From an uncultured Rivularia sp. (GTDB lineage: Bacteria; Cyanobacteriota; Cyanobacteriia; Cyanobacteriales; Nostocaceae), in contig OY762007.1 of the NCBI GenBank assembly GCA_963665115.1, forward strand, positions 7,136,001 to 7,200,000: 64,000 bases of DNA, given 5' to 3'. The translations under genes and the position numbers were made by a program. The notes beneath the pieces are model-generated. The model was given only the letters and a program-made list of their open reading frames with translations, made no database searches and had not been told where the DNA came from. Of this stretch, positions 21,577 through 29,549 are shown in pieces. Each line of letters starts with the position of its first letter. The stretch's first letter is position 1.

Positions 21577-21926
21577 TAGTAGTCCTTTTCATTTGTTTTG
21601 CGGGGTTAATAATTGTTCGTAGTTGCGCTTCAGCGCCTCCGGATACTGGAATATGAGGCGCTGAAGCGCAACTACGTACCCCTCAGAATTAATGTGGTGG
21701 AGTAGTAGTAGTCCTTTTCATTTGTTTTGACGGGTTGTAGAGACGTTATACATAACGTCTCCCGAAGGTTACGGGAAAAACGAACCTTTCAGAATTTATG
21801 CAATCAACCAGTAGAGTATTCCACCACATAAGTTATGACGGGTATCCAGGAGTGCGAGCCGGAAAGCTCGCTCGTTACCACCAGGGAGCGAGACGCTCCC
21901 ACTACAACTAATTTACCCAGCAAAAT
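21577..21926. mobile_element. Head-to-tail array of three TAGTAGT-ended miniature elements with different cargos
   Basis: Unit 1 at 21577-21707 (131 bp, perfect 22-bp stem), unit 2 at 21706-21813 (108 bp) and a truncated unit 3 at about 21814-21926. Units 1 and 2 share a TA. Confidence 0.75.
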
Positions 21927-21963
21927 GTGCCACCACGAGTCGATAGTCGTGATGGCACATTTT
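21922..21963 (-). terminator. Hairpin downstream of the TerB-family gene
   Basis: AAAATGTGCCACCACGA...TCGTGATGGCACATTTT inverted repeat with A/T tails. Confidence 0.6.
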
Positions 21964-22129
21964 AAAAACATAGTTATTCAATTTTGTTTATCAAGTTGTG
22001 GTATTTAGAAGCAACGATTGAGCCAGAAATACAACATTCAAGCTTAATATGGTACTTTTATATTTCTCACATTGCTTCTACCGATGCACTGGTTAAGAAA
22101 AATATTAAATTTTAACTCTGCCGTATCTG

Positions 22130-22573
22130 CTATCCCCGATTCTTTATAAACATCACTTCGATGATTTTTTGACCTACTTCACTGCGAATACGTAAAGCTT
22201 GATACAACTCAGTCAAAAAGTCTTCTTCTTCGGCAAGGATACCATCAGCCAAAACCAAATCCGTCGCGATCGCAAAGGCTGCTTCTCTTAAATCTTCCTG
22301 CATAGAATCTTTTGCAGCATCAAATAAACTATTTACACCTTCGTGTCTAATAATACCTGACAATTCGTCAAGCATTGACTGCATCTCATCTTTAGAGTGG
22401 CTGTTTAATACCTTTAGATTAGATAACGCTTCATAAATATCGCTTGCTTGTTTCTGTGAAGGATTACCGTCTGAAGCAAGTGCAATTAAAGCGATAGAAG
22501 TGAAAGCTTCTGCCTGACTGAGTGCATTTTGTACTCTACTTTGAGAACCGGATGCTCTATCAAATAGACTCAT
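22130..22573 (-). CDS. TerB-family (tellurite resistance-like) protein
   Basis: IALIALASDG and AFAIATDLVLADG...EEEDFL motifs. Confidence 0.85.
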   Translation of the reverse strand: MSLFDRASGSQSRVQNALSQAEAFTSIALIALASDGNPSQKQASDIYEALSNLKVLNSHSKDEMQSMLDELSGIIRHEGVNSLFDAAKDSMQEDLREAAFAIATDLVLADGILAEEEDFLTELYQALRIRSEVGQKIIEVMFIKNRG

Positions 22574-22744
22574 TACAACTTATTCCTTAAATAAGGTCTT
22601 AATGGTAGTGTATATACTTAATATTTTCTTTTTTAAGTAAATAAAGTTACCAAAACCGTGTATAAGTATAGTGTTCCCAAGATTAGTTAAAAGCGAACAC
22701 TTGCACTCAGTTTTTTTGATATAAAATTATTCTTTTTCCGTAGT

Positions 22745-22906
22745 TTATCGGAAATGGTTAGGATAAGGATTGCCTGGGGTTTCTTTCTCGATTGTCTCGA
22801 CAACCGCCAAACCGATACCAGATACCGTAAGTAGTAACATTATTGAAGCTAAGAAAGCTTTTACAAATATGTATAGGGCTTCATCAAAGAAAATGTAGGT
22901 GGTCAT
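22745..22906 (-). CDS. Putative 53-aa single-pass membrane microprotein (absent from ORF track)
   Basis: MTTYIFFDEALYIFVKAFLASIMLLLTVSGIGLAVVETIEKETPGNPYPNHFR*; one long hydrophobic helix. Confidence 0.5.
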   Translation of the reverse strand: MTTYIFFDEALYIFVKAFLASIMLLLTVSGIGLAVVETIEKETPGNPYPNHFR

Positions 22907-23345
22907 AACTTATATACCTGAACTCTGTAGTAACTAGCTAGCGCTATTAAATTCTCCAAGATGGAAGCATTGTATTTCCGCCAAGAACACGCGCTTTCTT
23001 GTTATCTTAACAAAACTTTAGCTTTCCAAGTGCTACCGTTATAACATTTTGCTTTTACGTTCATACAACCTTTATATAAATATGAATTAAGGCTCGTTTT
23101 ATCGAAATGTAATTGTCTAATAATATTGTTATCAAGTTAGATAAAAATATAATTAAGTATCGGTGAACATCAGTAATTTTGGTTACATCAGCATCATGCT
23201 ATTAAATTGAACTGTTAATTATTTTTTATATGCTCTTTGACAGTCTTTAAAAGAAACAGCAAGCAGGGAGCAGCGAATGGAAAAGCAAAACAGACTGTTT
23301 TTTTCAGATACAAGTATTGCGATCTAAAATTTTGGAGTATAAAAA

Positions 23346-23927
23346 ATGGATTTAGCTAAAGACCTAATTAGTAAAATATTTCAAGAACGGGTGCAAGCAA
23401 ATCGTCTTTTATTAGATATAAAAATAGAGTGCAATCGGATTTTTCTGAAATCCATATCGCTGGCATATAAAAAACCGATTTTCGAGACTTTTACAGAAGA
23501 AATTACGACGTATATGTATCCTCGTCCACCTAAAAATACAGCCGAAGCAGCATCATTTATCAAAAATTCTTTAGAAGGAATGAAAAACGAACATGAATTA
23601 GTACTCGTAATTTTAAAGAAAGATTCTCAAGAATTTTTAGGTTGTGCTGGAATTCATCGCATCAATAGCAAGCACCCAGAATTTGGTATTTGGTTGAAAA
23701 AGACAGCCCATCGTAACGGTTATGGCTTAGAAACAATTACAGCTATGAAAAACTGGTGTGAAGAAAATTTAGATTGCGAATATTTTACTTACCCAGTGGA
23801 TGAAGAGAATTATCCCAGTCGCAGAATACCAGAAAAATTGGGTGGGCAAGTTGTGAGAAATTATCAAAAGAGAAACTTAAGCGGTAGACTGTTAAATCTG
23901 CTTGAATACAAGATACCAAAAGGTTAA
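23346..23927 (+). CDS. GNAT-family N-acetyltransferase (RimJ/RimL-like)
   Basis: EFLGCAGI, EFGIWLKKTAHRNGYGLE and NYPSRRIPEKLG motifs. Confidence 0.88.
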   Translation: MDLAKDLISKIFQERVQANRLLLDIKIECNRIFLKSISLAYKKPIFETFTEEITTYMYPRPPKNTAEAASFIKNSLEGMKNEHELVLVILKKDSQEFLGCAGIHRINSKHPEFGIWLKKTAHRNGYGLETITAMKNWCEENLDCEYFTYPVDEENYPSRRIPEKLGGQVVRNYQKRNLSGRLLNLLEYKIPKG

Positions 23928-23991
23928 AGGTCAAAGGTTAAAAACTCATAACTCCTAACTCCTAATTCCTTTCTCCAATATCCCCATCTCC

Positions 23992-24364
23992 TTAAGAGCG
24001 CGAAAGAACTAATAGAAAACATATTAATAGCAAGCCAAATATCATTAATAAACCTTGATTGCGTCTTATCCAATTATTGATACTTACATTTAAGCTGGGT
24101 TTTTGATTTTGAGAAAGCAGTTCTAAATTGCGTTCTTCTTCGTTTTGATAAAGAGTACATTCTTTAGCGTAGGGACGTTTGGGATAATTACAAGTATCGT
24201 CAATATGATAAGTACAGGTTTCGCAAAGATACTCATCCCCCTCAGCCCGATGTAATGGAATACCGGGATGTCCGTAAGCTTTAAGCTCAGTACGACAATA
24301 AGGGACAGGTCACAGCCTGAGAGTTTATAGTTTGTTTGCAGCGAGGGCAAGTTGCAGTGTCCAC
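23992..24364 (-). CDS. Zinc-ribbon, Cys-rich protein with C-terminal membrane anchor (one +1 frameshift; not correctly shown in ORF track)
   Basis: After removing one base at about 24303: MDTATCPRCKQTINSQAVTCPYCRTELKAYGHPGIPLHRAEGDEYLCETCTYHIDDTCNYPKRPYAKECTLY...GLLMIFGLLLICFLLVLSRS*. Confidence 0.78.
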
Positions 24365-24434
24365 AGCCGATACCTTCAGGTAATGGTTGAATATTCCGAT
24401 TTTAACCGAACAATGAACGGTTAAGAGAGTTAGG

Positions 24435-24532
24435 AATTACCAATTACCAATTACCAATTACCAATTACCAATTACCAATTACCAATTACCAATTACCAAT
24501 TACCAATTACCAATTACCAATCCCCAATCCCC
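24435..24532. repeat. STRR heptamer array (AATTACC)12(AATCCCC)2
   Basis: Counted directly. Confidence 0.95.
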
Positions 24533-24534
24533 AA

Positions 24535-25338
24535 TTAATTATTCTTCATTTCCCGAATCTCTGCCCTCAATGCTTTGATTTCTTCATGTAAAGCAGTAAT
24601 AGATTGAGAACTGGCTAATGATGCTTCTTCATCTTCCGCGTCTCTACCGATGAAAAATGTAGCTATTGCTGCTGTAAAATAACCAAATACTGTAAAGGCA
24701 TAGAGAGCTAAGATAAAACACAATACTCTTCCTTCGGGGGTTTGCGGGGAATAATCGCCTCCGTAAGTTATCATCAACATTGCCGTCCACCACAAAGCAT
24801 TTGTGTAACTTTGGATTCCTTCTCCGTCGGGGAGATTGCTTTCAAATGCATAGATTCCCGCAGCCCCAACGAAGGTGACAATTAAGGTAAGTCCTAAAAC
24901 ATAACCAAGGTTTCGCCGACTCATAGTAACTCTTAAGGCTCGCATTCCCCTATTGAGGGAGCCGACTATCCGCAATAATCGCAGGGAACGTGTAGCGCGA
25001 GCAACTCTTGCTAAACGCAAAACTCGCACAAATCGGAAAATTCTTAATGCTGGAAGTAACAGGGAAATTCCTATCAGCCAGTTATTTTTTAAATACTTAA
25101 GTTTTCGTGGAGATATGCTAAAGCGTAAAATAAAATCAAAAATAAATAAAATCCAAATTGTTGTAGAAACAGCTTCTAAAAAGGGGTTTGTCCCCTGAAT
25201 CAGTTCGATGACTAATAGCGCCAGCCATACAAAACCCAGCACTACCATCGGCATTTCTAACCAGTCATCGAGTTGTTGAACAAAATCAGTTAATTCTCTT
25301 TCTAGCTCGGATTTTTCTGTTTGATTAATTTGTGACAT
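24535..25338 (-). CDS. Ion transporter / voltage-gated K+ channel-like protein
   Basis: Arg-rich S4-like helix (LRIFRFVRVLRLAR), pore helix ALWWTAMLMITYG with a non-canonical filter, and PQTPEGR. Confidence 0.85.
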   Translation of the reverse strand: MSQINQTEKSELERELTDFVQQLDDWLEMPMVVLGFVWLALLVIELIQGTNPFLEAVSTTIWILFIFDFILRFSISPRKLKYLKNNWLIGISLLLPALRIFRFVRVLRLARVARATRSLRLLRIVGSLNRGMRALRVTMSRRNLGYVLGLTLIVTFVGAAGIYAFESNLPDGEGIQSYTNALWWTAMLMITYGGDYSPQTPEGRVLCFILALYAFTVFGYFTAAIATFFIGRDAEDEEASLASSQSITALHEEIKALRAEIREMKNN

Positions 25339-25475
25339 CGGTTGGTGCGTAAATAAACTTACAATTATTCCTCAAGAAAGCAATACAAACACCCTTGGGA
25401 AGATGCCTTTAGATAGATATTTTTAGTATGAATGAGTGATATGAAAAGCCACATCCCGCTACAAGGAGAATTTTA

Positions 25476-26405
25476 ATGAGTTTAAAGCAGATTTGGAGGT
25501 TATTAAAAGAAACTTTTAAAGAATGGAATGATGATAATGCCTCTCGATTGGCTGCTGCTTTGTCGTATTACACGATCTTTTCTTTAGCACCTTTGTTAAT
25601 TATTGCCATTGCGATCGCGGGTGCGGTTTTTGGAGATGAAGCTGCTAAGGGTGAGATTGTTAAACAAATACAGGGTTTGGTGGGTAAGGATGGCGCAGAA
25701 GTAATTCAAACGGCTCTAGAAAATGCTCAAAAACCAGATACGCGCAATATCGCTTCAATCATCAGTATCGGGGTTTTGTTATTTGGTGCGAGTAATGTTT
25801 TTGCTCAAATTCAAGATGCGCTCAACACAATTTGGGAAGTAGAGCCGAAGCCAGGAAGGAGTATTTTACAAACGCTTCGCAAACGTTTTTTATCTTTTGC
25901 AATGGTTGGTGGTGTAGGCTTTCTATTACTGGTGTCGCTGATTCTCAATGCTGTTTTAGCTGGAATGGTTAACTACTTTGGCAGTTTAATTCCGGGTTTT
26001 GATTTCTTGTGGCAATTTGCTAACTTTGCAATTTCTTTTGCAGTTATCACTTTACTGTTCGCTTTAATCTACAAAGTAATGCCAGATGTCAAAATAGCTT
26101 GGAGCGATGTCTGGATTGGCTCGGCGATGACTTCATTATTATTCGTAATTGGGAAATCGCTCTTAGGTTTATATTTAGGTAACGGTAGTTTCGGTTCGGC
26201 TTATGGTGCTGCGGGTTCGTTGATAGTTCTTCTTGCTTGGATTAACTACGCTGCTCAAATCATTTTCTTTGGTGCTGAGTTTACCCAAGTTTATGCGACT
26301 AAATATGGCTCTCGCATCGTTCCAGACGAAAATTCAAGAAGAGTACCTCAAGCAGATAGAGCAAACCAAGGAATGAAGCGGAAAAATTCTCCTCGAAATA
26401 ATTAA
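25476..26405 (+). CDS. YihY/virulence factor BrkB family membrane protein
   Basis: AAALSYYTIFSLAPLL, ALNTIW and YGAAGSLIVLLAWINY...FFGAEF motifs. Confidence 0.93.
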   Translation: MSLKQIWRLLKETFKEWNDDNASRLAAALSYYTIFSLAPLLIIAIAIAGAVFGDEAAKGEIVKQIQGLVGKDGAEVIQTALENAQKPDTRNIASIISIGVLLFGASNVFAQIQDALNTIWEVEPKPGRSILQTLRKRFLSFAMVGGVGFLLLVSLILNAVLAGMVNYFGSLIPGFDFLWQFANFAISFAVITLLFALIYKVMPDVKIAWSDVWIGSAMTSLLFVIGKSLLGLYLGNGSFGSAYGAAGSLIVLLAWINYAAQIIFFGAEFTQVYATKYGSRIVPDENSRRVPQADRANQGMKRKNSPRNN

Positions 26406-26421
26406 GTTGTTCTCGAATAAA

Positions 26422-26754
26422 TTGTAGTGGGAGCGTCTCGCTCCCTGGTAGAAGCTAGCGAGCAAGATGCTCGCACTCCCGGAACCCTAAACCCTACAAA
26501 ACTTATGTGGCGCAATAGTAGTAGTCGATTGCATAAATTCTGATGGGTGTATAGAAAAAATAAAAGATTATTCTACCCCCTCTACCCTCTCTTCCCCCTC
26601 TTCCCCCTCCCCATCTTTACCCGTCAAAACAAATGAAAAGGACTAGTAGTAGTTGATTGCATAAATTCTGAAGGCTTCGTTTTTCCCGTAACCTTCGGGA
26701 GACGTTATGTATAACGTCTCTACAACCCCTCAGAATTTATGCAAAGGACTACTA
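26422..26754. mobile_element. Second head-to-tail array of TAGTAGT-ended miniature elements
   Basis: Partial unit to 26520, unit at 26519-26648 (130 bp, STRR-like cargo) and unit at 26647-26754 (108 bp, GAGACGTTATGTATAACGTCTCTAC cargo); junctions share a TA. Confidence 0.75.
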
Positions 26755-27014
26755 TAAACCCGGTTTTTTCAAAAAACCAGGTTTCTCTGCATCTTAAATT
26801 ATTAACAAAAATTCTCATACAAACTTCTTCTCTAATTTCTCATTTTTCTCAGATAACTCTTACCAAAGCCTCAGTTAGAAATCATTAGCGATTCAGAGTC
26901 ATGCTCCATAGTTGATAACAACAACTTAGAGATGTGCATAAATCATTTGCATTCATCCCTAATTAATTAATGTTCCTACAAATCAATCAAAATCAACTTT
27001 GGAGATATTAAATC

Positions 27015-27128
27015 ATGGATTTTATTAAAAACTGGGTTTTGTTCGTATTTATCTACTTTGCAATTTTATTTAGTGTTGATAAAGGTACAGCTAACGAGTT
27101 TTTTGAATATATATTTGTTTATGACTAA
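27015..27128 (+). CDS. Putative 37-aa hydrophobic microprotein (absent from ORF track)
   Basis: GGAG at 27001-27004, ORF MDFIKNWVLFVFIYFAILFSVDKGTANEFFEYIFVYD*, then the hairpin AGACGCG...TGCGTCT. Confidence 0.4.
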   Translation: MDFIKNWVLFVFIYFAILFSVDKGTANEFFEYIFVYD

Positions 27129-27227
27129 ATTTTATAGAGACGCGGGATTAAATTTTGCGTCTTTAATATTGAATTATAAAATGATAAATATTTATGATGC
27201 GTTGCACTCTGCAACAATAACAGACAA

Positions 27228-27827
27228 TTATTTATCTTCAACACACCAATATAAAATTCCGATTAGTTTTCCTAAAGGATAGGTAGAAATCAAATTTAAA
27301 TTTATTTCAATCCTATTGTCTTTCAACCTAATAAATTGCCATTCTCTACCATTTGTTACCGTTCCGTATACATAGCTATCAAAGTTATTATTATATATTT
27401 GTGCAGCTACAAGCTCTGCTATGCATTGACCTAAACCCGACTTTATATTGCTTTCTTTAACTTCTACTACAAATAATATCGGCTTTTCTATATATAAACT
27501 TTGTTGGGTTTGGGAAAATATAAAGTCGCAAATTCCACTTAAATTTTTATTTACATCAACATCGAATCTTTGTCCTGAGAAAAAAGTTACATTGTGATTA
27601 AATTTATTTTTAACCTCAAGAAGTATAGGAGCAATTATAAATTCTGATTCTGCTTTTTCCGTACCTAAAGACAAAGCAAAGTTATAGGAATTATTCAAAT
27701 ATTCATCGATATATTTACTCGGTTGAAGAATCTTAATATCAGAATTATTAGAAATAAATTCAACCTGTTGAAGTTTTAAATCAAATTCTCTTATAACTCG
27801 TTCTATTGTAAATTTTGAATAACTCAT
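27228..27827 (-). CDS. Restriction-endonuclease-like PD-(D/E)XK fold protein
   Basis: SEFIIAPIL, GICDFIF, VVEVK, GLGQCIAE and YGTVTNGREWQF pattern resembling HsdR N-terminal-like nucleases; very AT-rich. Confidence 0.7.
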   Translation of the reverse strand: MSYSKFTIERVIREFDLKLQQVEFISNNSDIKILQPSKYIDEYLNNSYNFALSLGTEKAESEFIIAPILLEVKNKFNHNVTFFSGQRFDVDVNKNLSGICDFIFSQTQQSLYIEKPILFVVEVKESNIKSGLGQCIAELVAAQIYNNNFDSYVYGTVTNGREWQFIRLKDNRIEINLNLISTYPLGKLIGILYWCVEDK

Positions 27828-27840
27828 AATGTGCAGAATA

Positions 27841-27950
27841 ATTTTAATCCCTAAGAGGGATTAGTAGAAGTTTCACTTACTTCATCTTTAATAAAACTCC
27901 CGCTAACTGCCTGGTTTCAATCCCTAATAAGGATTAGTAGAAGTTTCAAC
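27841..27950 (-). CRISPR. Orphan mini CRISPR array: 2 repeats (37 nt), 1 spacer (36 nt); type I-D-like repeat
   Basis: Repeat at 27914-27950 reads GTTGAAACTTCTACTAATCCTTATTAGGGATTGAAAC on the minus strand (ATTGAAAC handle). A degenerate copy at 27841-27877 is 31/37 identical; the spacer is 27878-27913. Confidence 0.85.
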
Positions 27951-28100
27951 CTAGAGTTTGAAAGCCTTTGCATATAGAGTTTTCAAGGTTCGGTTGCGCG
28001 GATGGGGCAATCATAACACATCAAATAGCGATCGCCCTTCTGCAAAAAATATGAAACTCTGTGTGTACAGGGTTCGCGGATAGAGCCTACCATCCGCTAA
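27951..28100 (-). promoter_or_regulatory. Probable CRISPR leader
   Basis: Non-coding, adjacent to the better-conserved repeat, with GCGCGGAT and TCGCGGAT motifs resembling Nostocales leaders. Confidence 0.6.
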
Positions 28101-28108
28101 CAATTGCT

Positions 28109-28657
28109 TTACTTTAAATAAGGACGAGCTAACATGAAACTCGAAATTGATTTAGAATCAACTGGCTCTCCTTCTAAAATCGCTTTCTCTAACTCTTCGG
28201 GAGTGAAAAATAAAACTTCTATATCTTCATCTTCATCTAAGTCGGGCGGTGCTTCCAATTTTTCTAAATCTTCGGCTAGATATGCGTAGATAATTTCGTC
28301 CGAATAGCCCGGAGCTAAAGCAAATTTTCCTAAATTCTGCCATTTGCCAGCACGATAACCTGTTTCTTCCTGTATTTCTCGTTGAATTGTCTCAAAAGGG
28401 CTTTCGTTTTCTTCTATTGTACCGGCTGGAAATTCCAATAATCTTCCGCCAACTGCAAAACGATACTGACGTAAAAGGATTAATTTACCTTCAGATGTTA
28501 CGGGTACGGCTAAAGCACCACCAGGATGACGAATACATTCCCAGTCTCCTTGCGAGTTATTAGGTAAACGCAAGCGATTTACTTCAAAATTAAATTTTCG
28601 CCCTTCGTAAAACAAACGCTGCTTTAATAGCTGCGGCAACTCTCTATCTAATGGCAT
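28109..28657 (-). CDS. NUDIX hydrolase (ADP-ribose pyrophosphatase-like)
   Basis: RQYR...LEFPAG and the Nudix box REIQEETG. Confidence 0.93.
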   Translation of the reverse strand: MPLDRELPQLLKQRLFYEGRKFNFEVNRLRLPNNSQGDWECIRHPGGALAVPVTSEGKLILLRQYRFAVGGRLLEFPAGTIEENESPFETIQREIQEETGYRAGKWQNLGKFALAPGYSDEIIYAYLAEDLEKLEAPPDLDEDEDIEVLFFTPEELEKAILEGEPVDSKSISSFMLARPYLK

Positions 28658-28827
28658 ACTAATCGTTTGATTCGGTTCAACAACTAATCAATTCAACTTT
28701 GTTATAGTTAGTTACCGTCTCTGAACGGATACAGAAATTTTAAATTAAAAACACAACTCCGACTCTAGGACGAAGATAATCAAAATTTAAAATCTAAAAT
28801 TGATTTGACGGTAATATTAATTATCTG

Positions 28828-29346
28828 TTAATTGTCTGTTAATAAATATACACCCGAACAGTCCACTTGTTTAACTAGTTCTTTAATCGCACATTTGCTA
28901 ACCGGCTCTATCCAATCTGGAGCTATTTCGGCTAAAGGAACTAGTACAAAAGCCCGCTGTGTCATTCGGGGATGGGGAATTTGTAGAGGTGGGGTATCTA
29001 ATATTAAGTCATCGTATAATAACAAATCTAAATCTAAAGTCCGCGCTCCCCAACGTTCTTTTCGTTCGCGTCCAAATTGATTTTCTATTTCTAATAAAAT
29101 TTTTAACAGCTTCAAAGGTTCGAGATCGACAGATAACTTAATGCAACCGTTTAAATAATCTGGTTGTGGAGGGCCAACGGCTTTGGTTCTATACCAATTA
29201 GATTTTATCCTATATGTAATACCCGGTACTTTATGTAGAGTTTTTACAACTGTATCTAAAATTGTCAGTGAATCCCCTATATTACTACCAAGGGCAATAA
29301 CGCTATCATGCAATATAATATATCTCCTGAATACAAACAATTGCAA
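28828..29346 (-). CDS. folK: 2-amino-4-hydroxy-6-hydroxymethyldihydropteridine diphosphokinase
   Basis: ALGSNIG, QPDYLNG, RWGARTLDLDLL and PHPRMTQRAFVLVPL motifs; start uncertain. Confidence 0.95.
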   Translation of the reverse strand: MQLFVFRRYIILHDSVIALGSNIGDSLTILDTVVKTLHKVPGITYRIKSNWYRTKAVGPPQPDYLNGCIKLSVDLEPLKLLKILLEIENQFGRERKERWGARTLDLDLLLYDDLILDTPPLQIPHPRMTQRAFVLVPLAEIAPDWIEPVSKCAIKELVKQVDCSGVYLLTDN

Positions 29347-29549
29347 AACATTATGATAAATTAGTTGATATTACGGATAAAAATGTGTTGTGAGATACAA
29401 AACTTTGTAAGAAAATCTAAAGAAAAACTTGTAAAGAGTGAATCTATTTAAATATTTATTAGGATATTATACTAACACGAGTATGGGGCAACAATCTGGA
29501 ACGCTTTTCGTGGTGGTTAGGCTGCAATTAATCGAAGGGAGGAACTAAC

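Noticed and set aside
21577..21926. Repeat-spacer-like structure as a CRISPR array
   Set aside because: Units have inverted ends, are 108-131 bp long, and their interiors are dispersed repeats rather than unique spacers.
24435..24532. Heptamer tandem arrays as a novel system
   Set aside because: These are well-known STRR repeats of heterocystous cyanobacteria.
26950..26975. ATTCATCCCTAAT as a third CRISPR repeat beyond the nuclease gene
   Set aside because: Only about 9 contiguous nt match; the rest of the repeat is absent.
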